Below are positions 1 to 7,289 of a stretch of 49,421 nt of DNA, piece by piece. The translations under genes and the position numbers were made by a program. Position 1 is the first letter of the stretch, and each line of letters starts with the position of its first letter. The notes beneath the pieces were generated by a model that was not told the origin of the DNA, did no database searches, and worked only from the letters and a program-made list of their open reading frames with translations. This DNA comes from Solirubrobacteraceae bacterium (lineage in GTDB: Bacteria > Actinomycetota > Thermoleophilia > Solirubrobacterales > Solirubrobacteraceae): the NCBI GenBank assembly GCA_036281155.1, contig DASUPL010000231.1, positions 1-49,421 on the forward strand. The letters are read 5' to 3'.

Positions 1-698
1 CCCGCGAGCTCGCGCGCGGAGCGCGCCTGCATCGCGCGGATGGCGCGGGCGCGCAGCGGCCTGCCGGCGGGCGTGTCTCCAACTCCAGCGATCTGGCCCT
101 CGTAGGCCATGATCCCGACGAGCCGCAGGCGATCGCGCGCGAGGATGGCGCGAGCGAGGGCGGCGGCCTGCTCGGGGGTGTGCAGCGGCGAGCGCTTGGC
201 GCCGACGCGCACCCGTCCGCGGAGGATCCACCAGCCGGCGTCCACGTCGATGCACACGCGCACGTGCGCGGAGCCTGCGGACGCGGAGCGCGCGGCGGCG
301 GTCGGCGCGACGGCGCGCTCGATCAGCTCGAGCTGATCCACATGGTCGACCATCACGGTCACGCGCGCGCCGCGCGCCGCGAGCGCAGGCAGCGCCGCGA
401 GCGCGCCGCGATCGACGGTGGGATAGGCGACGAGCAGATCGTCCGCGCCGTGGGACGCGAGCCACAGCGCCTCGGGCAGCGTGAACGCGAGCGTCCCGCG
501 GAAGCCGCCGCGGGCGAGCACGCGTTCCTGCAGCGCGCGGCAGCGCAGCGACTTGCTCGCGAGTCGAATCGGCTTGCTCGCGGCGCGGCGCTCGAGATCC
601 GCGGCGTTGGCCCACAGCGCGTCCATGTCCACGAGCGCGAACGGCGCGCGCAGCCCAGCGGTCGCGCGCTCCAGGCGCGCGTATGCCGCCTCAGCCAA
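1..698 (-). CDS. Fold-type III PLP enzyme (alanine racemase-like amino acid deaminase/aldolase), runs off the window start
   Basis: Absent from the ORF track because it has no stop in the window. Hand translation from TTG at 698 gives MAEAAYARLERATAGLRAPFALVDMDALWANAADLERRAASKPIRLASKSLRC...GIMAYEGQIAG. The start overlaps the oxidase stop. The same gene pair is known in mycobacteria (Rv1769/Rv1771-like). Confidence 0.85.
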   Translation of the reverse strand, partial: MAEAAYARLERATAGLRAPFALVDMDALWANAADLERRAASKPIRLASKSLRCRALQERVLARGGFRGTLAFTLPEALWLASHGADDLLVAYPTVDRGALAALPALAARGARVTVMVDHVDQLELIERAVAPTAAARSASAGSAHVRVCIDVDAGWWILRGRVRVGAKRSPLHTPEQAAALARAILARDRLRLVGIMAYEGQIAGVGDTPAGRPLRARAIRAMQARSARELA

Positions 699-2013
699 GG
701 ACTCGCTCGGTCCACGCGTTGGCGAAGCGCCCGTCGGGGTCCAGACGCGCGCGGACGGCCTGGAAGCGATCCCAGTCGGGGTAGCGCGGGCGTAGCGTGG
801 CGGCTGTCTGGAAGTGGCGCTTGCCCCAGTGCGGGCGACCGTCGAGCTCGTCCATGATCGCCTCGACCGCACGGAAGTACGGTCGCCACTCCATCCCCTT
901 GTACATGTGAACGGCGACGAAGCCGCTGTCGCGCCCGGCGGCGGTGCTGAGGAAGGCGTCGTCGGGCGCGACGGTCCTGACCTCGATCGGAAACGGCACC
1001 GCGAAGCCCCGCCGCTCGACGAGCTCCATCACCCTGCGCACGGCCTCGGCGGTGCGCTCGCGCGGGAGCGCGTACTCCATCTCGGTGAAGCGCACGAGCC
1101 GCGGGCTCGCGAAGATCGCCGCGGAGCGATCGACGCGCGTGGAGCTGCCGGCGAGCCGGGTCACGAGCCGGTTGATCCGCGGTATCTGTCCGGGAAAGCG
1201 GCGCCCGGCGCGGCAGAACAGGCCGAAGGCGGTGTTGGTGAGCAGCACGTCCTGCGCGTACGCGGCAAGCCGGCGGGGCGGGCGCGGCGCCTCCTCGGTG
1301 CGGTTGTTGGTGCGCGTGAGCGCGTACTCGGCGTGAGGGAAGACGAAGAACTCGAAGTGATCGTTGGCGAGCGCGAGCTCGTCGAAGCGCTCGAGCGTCT
1401 CCCGCAGCGGCGCGGGGGCGTCGACGCCGCGGAGCGTGAACGAGGGCACGCAGCGCAGCGTGACCTCGGCGATCACTCCGAGCGCGCCGAGGCCGACGCG
1501 CGCGGCGCGAAAGACCTCGGGGTCGCGCTCTGGCGAGCAGGTGAGCGTGGAGCCGTCGGCGAGCACGAGCGTCAGCTCGCTCACCTGGGAGGGGATGTTG
1601 CGCAGCCTGGCGCCGGTGCCGTGGGTGGCGGTGGAGATCGCGCCGGCGATCGTCTGGATGTCGATGTCGCCGAGGTTCTCCAGCGCGAGCCCGTGCGCGA
1701 TCAGCTGACGGCTGAGCTCGCGGATGGTGATGCCAGCCTGCACGCGCACGAGACCGGAGGACCGCTCGACGTTGAGCACGCCGGTGAGGCGGTCGAGCAC
1801 GAGCATCGAGCCGTCGGTGCAGGCGATGTCGCTGAAGGAGTGTCCCGCCCCCGCGACGCGCACTCCGCGGCCCGCGCCCGCGGCGCGCTCGAGCGCTTGG
1901 GAGATCTCCGCGAGCGAGCCGGGCCGCTCGACCACGGCGGGCGCGCAGCGCTGATCGCCGGCCCAGTTGCGCCATGAAGCGAGGTGCTCGTGTGTATCGC
2001 TAGGCTCGCTCAT
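691..2013 (-). CDS. FAD-linked sugar-1,4-lactone oxidase (D-arabinono-/L-gulono-1,4-lactone oxidase family)
   Basis: Motifs WRNWAG, GAGHSFS (flavinylation His), TIAGAISTATHGTG, EMEY and RPHWGK. ATG at 2013 is the nearest in-frame start upstream of WRNWAG. Confidence 0.92.
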   Translation of the reverse strand: MSEPSDTHEHLASWRNWAGDQRCAPAVVERPGSLAEISQALERAAGAGRGVRVAGAGHSFSDIACTDGSMLVLDRLTGVLNVERSSGLVRVQAGITIRELSRQLIAHGLALENLGDIDIQTIAGAISTATHGTGARLRNIPSQVSELTLVLADGSTLTCSPERDPEVFRAARVGLGALGVIAEVTLRCVPSFTLRGVDAPAPLRETLERFDELALANDHFEFFVFPHAEYALTRTNNRTEEAPRPPRRLAAYAQDVLLTNTAFGLFCRAGRRFPGQIPRINRLVTRLAGSSTRVDRSAAIFASPRLVRFTEMEYALPRERTAEAVRRVMELVERRGFAVPFPIEVRTVAPDDAFLSTAAGRDSGFVAVHMYKGMEWRPYFRAVEAIMDELDGRPHWGKRHFQTAATLRPRYPDWDRFQAVRARLDPDGRFANAWTERVLG

Positions 2014-2035
2014 CTGATGTCCGAGCCCGAGCCTA
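2001..2035. promoter_or_regulatory. Face-to-face candidate -10 elements: TAGGCT on + at 2001-2006 and on - at 2030-2035
   Basis: Identical TANNNT hexamers lie 10 nt and 16 nt upstream of the two divergent ATGs (2017 and 2013). Confidence 0.45.
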
Positions 2036-3132
2036 CAGCCAGCCCGGCCGGGCGTACTCCACGCGCACGCTCGCTTCCCACGCCGGGAGCGAGGCGCGCG
2101 ACGGTGATCGGAGCGGGCTCGTTCGGGACGGCGCTCGCGGTGCTGCTCGCGCGTGGCGGCCTGCGCACGACTTTGCAGACGCGCACTGAGGATCAGGCCG
2201 CGTCGATCGAGCGCGAGCGCGAGAACCGCGCGTACCTGCCGGGCGTCGAGCTCCCCTCGCATCTGCGCGTCGAGCCCGCCTCGGTGGGGGTGGCGCGAGC
2301 GGACTACGTGTTTCTGGCGGTGCCCTCGCGCGGCCTGGGCGAGGTGATCGACCGGCTCGGCGCGTCAGGGCTGGGCAGGCGCACGGCGGTGGTGTCCGTC
2401 GCGAAGGGCCTCGTCCCGCCGCGGGGGCTGCCGCCGACGGTCGTGTTGAGCGCGCACTTCGGCAGCGAGCGGGTGGCGTGCGTGGGCGGACCGGCGCACG
2501 CGCGGGAGATGGTGCACGCGGGCGCGGGGCTCGTGGCGGCCTCAAGCGAGGAGGATCTGGCGCGCGCGCTGGCGCAGGTGTTCACGCGCGCGGGGGTCGT
2601 GTGCGAGCAGTCCGACGACCCCGTCGGCGTGGAGCTGGCGGGCGCGGCGAAGAACGCCGCCGCGCTGGCCGCGGGCGCCACGGAGGCGCAGGGTTTGAAC
2701 GCGGCGGGCGCCGCGGCGGGGCACATCTTCGCGGAGGTGTGGCGCTACGCCGAGGGCATGGGCGCGCGCCCCGAGTCGATGATCGGGCTGGCGGGCGCGG
2801 GCGATCTGGTGGCGACGGCCCTCGCTCGCGAGAGCCGCAACCGCCGCGCCGGCGAGCTGCTGGCCGCGGGCGTGCCCGCGAGTGAGATCCCCGCGCGGAT
2901 CGGGCAGGCGGTGGAGGCGCTGGAGTCGGTGCCGCTGCTCGCGCGGGCGCTGGAGGCGGCGGGCGTGGGCGCGCCGGTCACCGGCGCGCTCGGGCGGCTG
3001 ATCTCGGGCGAGCTGCCGCTGGACGACTGGGTGGCGCTCGTGCGCGCCACCGTGCCCCCACCGGCGCTGTGGCGCAGGCGTCCCCAGCCGGGGTTCTGGC
3101 GGCGCGTGTGGCGGCGGCTAACGGGGGGGTAG
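2017..3132 (+). CDS. gpsA: NAD(P)H-dependent glycerol-3-phosphate dehydrogenase
   Basis: VIGAGSFGTALA Rossmann motif, RENRAYLPG, AVPS, KGL, GGPAHAREM, GVELAGAAKN, GLAGAGDLVAT, SRNRRAG. Confidence 0.93.
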   Translation: MSEPEPTASPAGRTPRARSLPTPGARRATVIGAGSFGTALAVLLARGGLRTTLQTRTEDQAASIERERENRAYLPGVELPSHLRVEPASVGVARADYVFLAVPSRGLGEVIDRLGASGLGRRTAVVSVAKGLVPPRGLPPTVVLSAHFGSERVACVGGPAHAREMVHAGAGLVAASSEEDLARALAQVFTRAGVVCEQSDDPVGVELAGAAKNAAALAAGATEAQGLNAAGAAAGHIFAEVWRYAEGMGARPESMIGLAGAGDLVATALARESRNRRAGELLAAGVPASEIPARIGQAVEALESVPLLARALEAAGVGAPVTGALGRLISGELPLDDWVALVRATVPPPALWRRRPQPGFWRRVWRRLTGG

Positions 3133-3141
3133 CGCCGCGTT

Positions 3142-3357
3142 TTGCGCACTCTCAGCAGTGCGCTCAGCACACTCACGATCCCATCCAAAGGCGTCACCGA
3201 GATCATGGTCCGCTACACCGATCCCTACGACGCCGAACGCATGAGCCCGTGGGTCACCCTGACAGTCCATCCAACCAACTCGAGGACCGCGCCCTCAACA
3301 CTCAAACCCGGAGTCCGTCCTGTTGGCGCGGCCGTCTGCCGCGATCTGATCGAGTAG
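3142..3357 (+). pseudogene. Possible 3' fragment of an unknown gene at the island edge
   Basis: Beta-strand-like stretch LTIPSKGVTEIMVRYTDPYDAERMSPWVTLTV with no convincing RBS or start, immediately after the gpsA stop. Confidence 0.25.
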
Positions 3358-3603
3358 CTGGCGCTGGCGCTCGACCTCCTCGGGAAACCTTGTCGCGATG
3401 TCTCCTGGGTTGGGGATCTCGAAGTGCTCGAGGAGACCCTGGGCATGTCTGCCTTGCCTCTTCGTTGCGACGTTAGTCTTCTGTAGCTAAGCGCACGGCG
3501 TTGCCGCGACACGTTCCGATCAGAGAGCCGTGCGCCGTCCCGCGCTGCACGCCACCCGCGGGGTCCGTTCTTGCGTCATCACCAACCACCACGGGACGGC
3601 GCA

Positions 3604-3794
3604 TCACGGGGGAGGCTGCGATTTCCCCGATCTGAGGTGGTGCGCGATCGCCATGCTGGCGACACCTACCCACACGACTATCACAGACCACACTATGACC
3701 ACAGGCACAGTCGTGTCGTCATGCACTGCGACGGCTACTCTGACAGCGGCGAAGATACTCAATTGATCGCCGCCGATACAGTCATTCTCATCAT
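3604..3794 (-). pseudogene. Small 2-TM membrane protein gene with a frameshift near codon 11
   Basis: ATG at 3794 overlaps the upstream stop (ATGA) and reads MMRMTVSAAIN*. A shifted frame (TTG at 3762 to TGA at 3604) continues LSIFAAVRVAVAVHDDTTVPVVIVWSVIVVWVGVASMAIAHHLRSGKSQPPP. Confidence 0.45.
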
Positions 3795-4045
3795 TCCGTG
3801 GGACGAGGAGATGCCTGTGGCACAGTTTCGGTCTCGGGGGGGAGCAGTCCGATAACTATTGACTTTGTGTGCGGATCAACATACCGCCGTCTTACGACCA
3901 CTAGTATCGCTGCAAGAATCGCGGCGAAAACCATCAGTCCATAGTCAACGATAACACCGAGTATTACCGGAATCACCACAACACACAGAGCATCAAGCCC
4001 TGCCATTATTCGTCTATAGGCACGTTGTACGTCCATGTCAGTCAA
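3791..4045 (-). CDS. Small 2-TM membrane protein (orphan immunity-like)
   Basis: 84 aa with two hydrophobic segments (LDALCVVVIPVILGVIV; LMVFAAILAAILVVV) followed by RRR; locally AT-rich. Confidence 0.6.
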   Translation of the reverse strand: MTDMDVQRAYRRIMAGLDALCVVVIPVILGVIVDYGLMVFAAILAAILVVVRRRYVDPHTKSIVIGLLPPETETVPQASPRPTE

Positions 4046-4119
4046 TATGCGAAGCGGTCTTGTAGATATTGTATGCCGACCAGCCCATCATCAGACGAAC
4101 GAGTTTTGATGCTTTACCG

Positions 4120-4272
4120 CTAACGCTTGAATTGAATGGTCGGATCGACCGCATGATAGCGGGTTTGTCCTACAATAACACCGAGCATTGCCGGATCACC
4201 ACAATGCAAACAGCATCAAGCCCCCGCCATCGTGTTCGATACAAAACGTTGTCCGTACGTATCATCGAATAT
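4120..4272 (-). pseudogene. Degenerate paralog of the 3791-4045 membrane gene
   Basis: 4175-4272 aligns to 3951-4048 at about 70% identity by hand with two 1-nt indels. The repaired translation MAGLDAVCIVVIPAMLGVIV matches MAGLDALCVVVIPVILGVIV. Confidence 0.6.
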
Positions 4273-4529
4273 AGTCGTCCGTCGCTTGCTATGCCGTGCG
4301 CACACACAAACTCGACCCACCTAGTCGCGCTCACAATCTCAGCAATTCTCAAGTTTGCCTCGACTGCGAGACGCCAAGTGTACCAAGGTCGCGGGTACAA
4401 CATCGAACCGTCAGGACCCAATAGCGCTCTCCACATGGAGCATCCCGCCGTCGTAGCAGTCGATGTATAAAGCCCCAGACCAAATGGCTTAACATCTAGC
4501 TGTAGCTTCTGTGTCGCCAGGGGCACCAC
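4273..4529 (-). pseudogene. Truncated hypothetical protein fragment
   Basis: Protein-like segment KPFGLGLYTST...SMWRALL...LYPRPWYTWRL...IAEIVSATRWVEFV that runs directly into the degenerate membrane-gene copy. Confidence 0.4.
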
Positions 4530-4751
4530 AAAAGCGGCTTGATTCGGAGGTTCAGGAGCAACCTCAATTGGCCGGACATGCCTGCCACTCGGACTCGCCC
4601 CCCATCGCCCTCCAACAGGCCAGCTGACGTCACCGACGGATGCCCATCATAGGAGATGAAGAACTCCTACGAGATGGCGACGGTGGCGGCGTTTTGGGCG
4701 TGGTCCCAGGCCAGCTGCCGCTGCCGCCACACCAACTGTCCCGCGCCAACG

Positions 4752-5669
4752 CTATCCGGGTTCGGAGATCAATTCTGGCTTGCCACTACAGGCTGGCGGT
4801 TCGCCTGGGTCTTTCAGAGTCCTGCCTGAGCGTGTTCGCCTAGGCCGCTGTGGCCGGGGCACCTGTTTGCGGAGACCCAGTGCTTGTCGAAGTGATCGCG
4901 TCGCGTCCGATCGCGCGTGCAACGCTTCGACGTTGAGATTCACTTCGCTCGCTGCGATTTCCCGTATGCCAGGGCGAACGTTGGGTGTTTGATAGAGGCT
5001 GAGCGCACTCAGCACCTCTGTTGGGTTCGCTCCCGAGAACCGACCACATCCCAGCGCAGCCATGTCACGCATCCATCTTCGTCCAATGGCCCCGCGCGGT
5101 TCAGCCTGCGTGATCGCAGGCAACTTCCGATAGCCGCTACTGGCCCATTCGTGGATCACTCGACACAGATCCGGATGAGCACCAAGACCCTCTTGCTGCT
5201 CTATCTCCGCGAACGTGTGGAGAACGTCCCTGATCCGCGGGTCGTTCCAGCGGATCGCTGCTACCGTCGCCGCGAACCGCTGCGTGGCCCCTGCTAGTGG
5301 CTCTCGCTGAGCCGTTTCGAGGATCTGTTCGAGTCCCATGAGAAACTCGGCCGCGGCGAGCTGCGTTTGCAGCGCGGCGACTGAGTCGTGTCTCGCGGGC
5401 ACCGTGATGTTGTCTGCGGGCGTCCCGCGCAATGACCCCGGACAACTGGTGCGAACCTGAGCCACGAGCGCGGCCATTGGCGCGTTCCCCGCAACAAGGC
5501 TGGCCCTAGAGGTCCGCAGAAACGCCGCGCGCGCACGAAGATAGGTATTCGTCCCGCTGTGGCTGTGGTCGGTCGCCCGGGCGCCCGTCGTACTCTTTTG
5601 CGAGCCACACCCGGAAACGACCATGATGAGTACAAGCGCTGCGACCTTACTTGTCTTGACTCGGTTCAC
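4752..5669 (-). CDS. Putative lipoprotein of unknown function
   Basis: GTG start with upstream GGGGGAAA; basic N-terminus, hydrophobic stretch and lipobox VSG-C; 305 aa. Confidence 0.7.
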   Translation of the reverse strand: MNRVKTSKVAALVLIMVVSGCGSQKSTTGARATDHSHSGTNTYLRARAAFLRTSRASLVAGNAPMAALVAQVRTSCPGSLRGTPADNITVPARHDSVAALQTQLAAAEFLMGLEQILETAQREPLAGATQRFAATVAAIRWNDPRIRDVLHTFAEIEQQEGLGAHPDLCRVIHEWASSGYRKLPAITQAEPRGAIGRRWMRDMAALGCGRFSGANPTEVLSALSLYQTPNVRPGIREIAASEVNLNVEALHARSDATRSLRQALGLRKQVPRPQRPRRTRSGRTLKDPGEPPACSGKPELISEPG

Positions 5670-5719
5670 TTTCCCCCATATCTCGTTGTGATCGGCCAGC
5701 GACGCACCTTAGCGCACGC

Positions 5720-6049
5720 CGTACCTAAAACTGCTCCACCCTACCACCGTATAAGGGCGACAATCCATGTCGGCGAGACCCTGCGAGGCCGCGACTTGCT
5801 CGTGTATGTGAGCGGACGAGCAGCAGGGAGAGTCCGCGTGGGATTTGTAGGGCGACTTCGGGGACGCATCGTTGCCTCGGGTGTGAGAACGGCCGCGCTC
5901 AAGCACGGGAAACTGGTGGTGATATTCAGGCTTGGCCCGCGCACAGCGAGACACCCGCAATCCACATCCACGCGAAACTCGATCACGAACCAGCAGTCAC
6001 AAGCACACTCCGCCGCAAAGCATCACAACCGATCACACCAAAGCGCTAG
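5720..6049 (+). pseudogene. Frameshifted C-terminal remnant of a beta-rich (probably secreted) protein
   Basis: RIRATIHVGETLRGRDLLVYVSG...GKLVVIFRLGPRTARH continues after a shift near 5955 as AIHIHAKLDHEPAVTSTLRRKASQPITPKR* (TAG at 6047-6049). No 5' part is present. Confidence 0.5.
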
Positions 6050-6174
6050 TCCTCGACGCGCAAGCATGACGCTTTCTGAATGCCGGATCGCGGACTCGTG
6101 CCGCTTCGACGCTTGGATTAGCAGCTATGGCTCCTTGCATGACTTCTCGTCTGTGCGGACTGGGGCGAGGCGTA

Positions 6175-6729
6175 TCATCTTGATACTGGTTCTGCACCTG
6201 CTTGCGCCACCGTCAGACTCACCACTCGCCGACATGGCAGCTTTGGTGATCGCCCATGACACGTCTCGCCGACAATCAGGATAGGTCTGGTCGATATGCG
6301 CCATCTCCCGGCATGTTTCTCCAAAGCGATCCGTCGGACTCTCTCTGGTGCGCTCGCAAAGCTCATCTTTGCTGTCGCGGTGTTGCCGCGCACCACGATG
6401 TCGCTCACCCGCTCCTGTTCCTTGTGAGTCGGCGTGTGCGATGGGACTGCTGGCGCCAGAGCAAATGCTGCCCGCACGCGCGTCGAACAACTGTCGCTTC
6501 TTGAGTAGCCGACCGCTAGGAATGCTGCTGCAGCGTTCGTAAACTCTCTACACAGCAAACTCGCCTGCCTGGCTCTCACCGCGATAAAGGGAGCACGGAC
6601 AGCGGCGCGAACTGCGTTCTCCGTGCTAATGCCTCCGTGCTGAGTGGTCGCAGCAGTGGTCGCTGCTCCGGCCGCAAGAACTCCGCCGAGTACACACGCC
6701 ACAATTCTAACTCGCGACGACGCCCTCAT
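6175..6729 (-). CDS. Secreted protein, possibly NTF2-like fold
   Basis: Signal peptide, a Cys pair, and the IVVRGNTATA...IALEKHAGRWRI strand pattern typical of NTF2-like exported proteins. ATGA overlap with the upstream ORF. Confidence 0.6.
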   Translation of the reverse strand: MRASSRVRIVACVLGGVLAAGAATTAATTQHGGISTENAVRAAVRAPFIAVRARQASLLCREFTNAAAAFLAVGYSRSDSCSTRVRAAFALAPAVPSHTPTHKEQERVSDIVVRGNTATAKMSFASAPERVRRIALEKHAGRWRISTRPILIVGETCHGRSPKLPCRRVVSLTVAQAGAEPVSR

Positions 6730-7058
6730 ACGCCCAGCTCCTCACGCCTAATCGGCCGAAACCGTGCAATGGCGCCATTCTCTGTCTCGCTACCCCACCA
6801 CACCGAAATCACGTCGTCAGTGACCAAAACGTGCGCTTTTGCGTCAACAGCCGGCCAGGGTTCACCATGTGCGGCTGAAAGTAGCTCCTGAATTCCTCTG
6901 CTGGCTGCGTCGAACACCATCGTCAGTCTTTCGGCTACAGGCAACGGGGCTCGCCATGCAAACACAGGCATCAAGATATTCGACTTGCCGCTGAAGCGCC
7001 CAGATGGTGACGGTGAGACCAGTGCGAGCTTGGGACGGCTGCGGGCGATGGAGTGTGG
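6726..7058 (-). pseudogene. Hypothetical protein, probably 5'-truncated
   Basis: The 82-aa ORF 6726-6974 stays open upstream without a start codon (KLALVSPSPSGRFSGKSNI) as far as the in-frame TAG of the candidate immunity gene. Confidence 0.4.
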
Positions 7059-7289
7059 CTAGTCGTCAGAGTGACGATCCCGACCCCGCTCTCCGGCTGG
7101 TCGATTCGATCTCCATGCAAGTACGCAGAAGACAGCCGCTCCCCCGAGCACGACTGCCGCTGCCTCGACGTGGCTGGACTGCAGACTCGTCGCCAGAAAT
7201 CCGATAGCGAGGAGTAGCAGGACCGCAGCAAGGTAGAACAGCTGCGCTCGCTGCGATGCTGGCCGAGACGGATCTCTCATGCTAGTCAC
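7059..7289 (-). CDS. Candidate RHS immunity protein, 2 TM helices
   Basis: GTGA overlap with the RHS stop; hydrophobic segments LFYLAAVLLLLAIGFLA and AAAVVLGGAAVFCVLAW; 76 aa. Confidence 0.65.
   Translation of the reverse strand: MTSMRDPSRPASQRAQLFYLAAVLLLLAIGFLATSLQSSHVEAAAVVLGGAAVFCVLAWRSNRPAGERGRDRHSDD

Noticed and set aside
109-1977. Arg/Ala-rich ORFs such as 359-1975 (-), 180-857 (+) and 814-1977 (+)
   Set aside because: Alternative-frame or antisense shadows of the oxidase and PLP-enzyme genes.
3951-4272. Diverged ~98-bp repeat pair as a DGR template/variable repeat
   Set aside because: Differences involve all bases plus indels rather than adenine-specific changes, and no reverse transcriptase is present.
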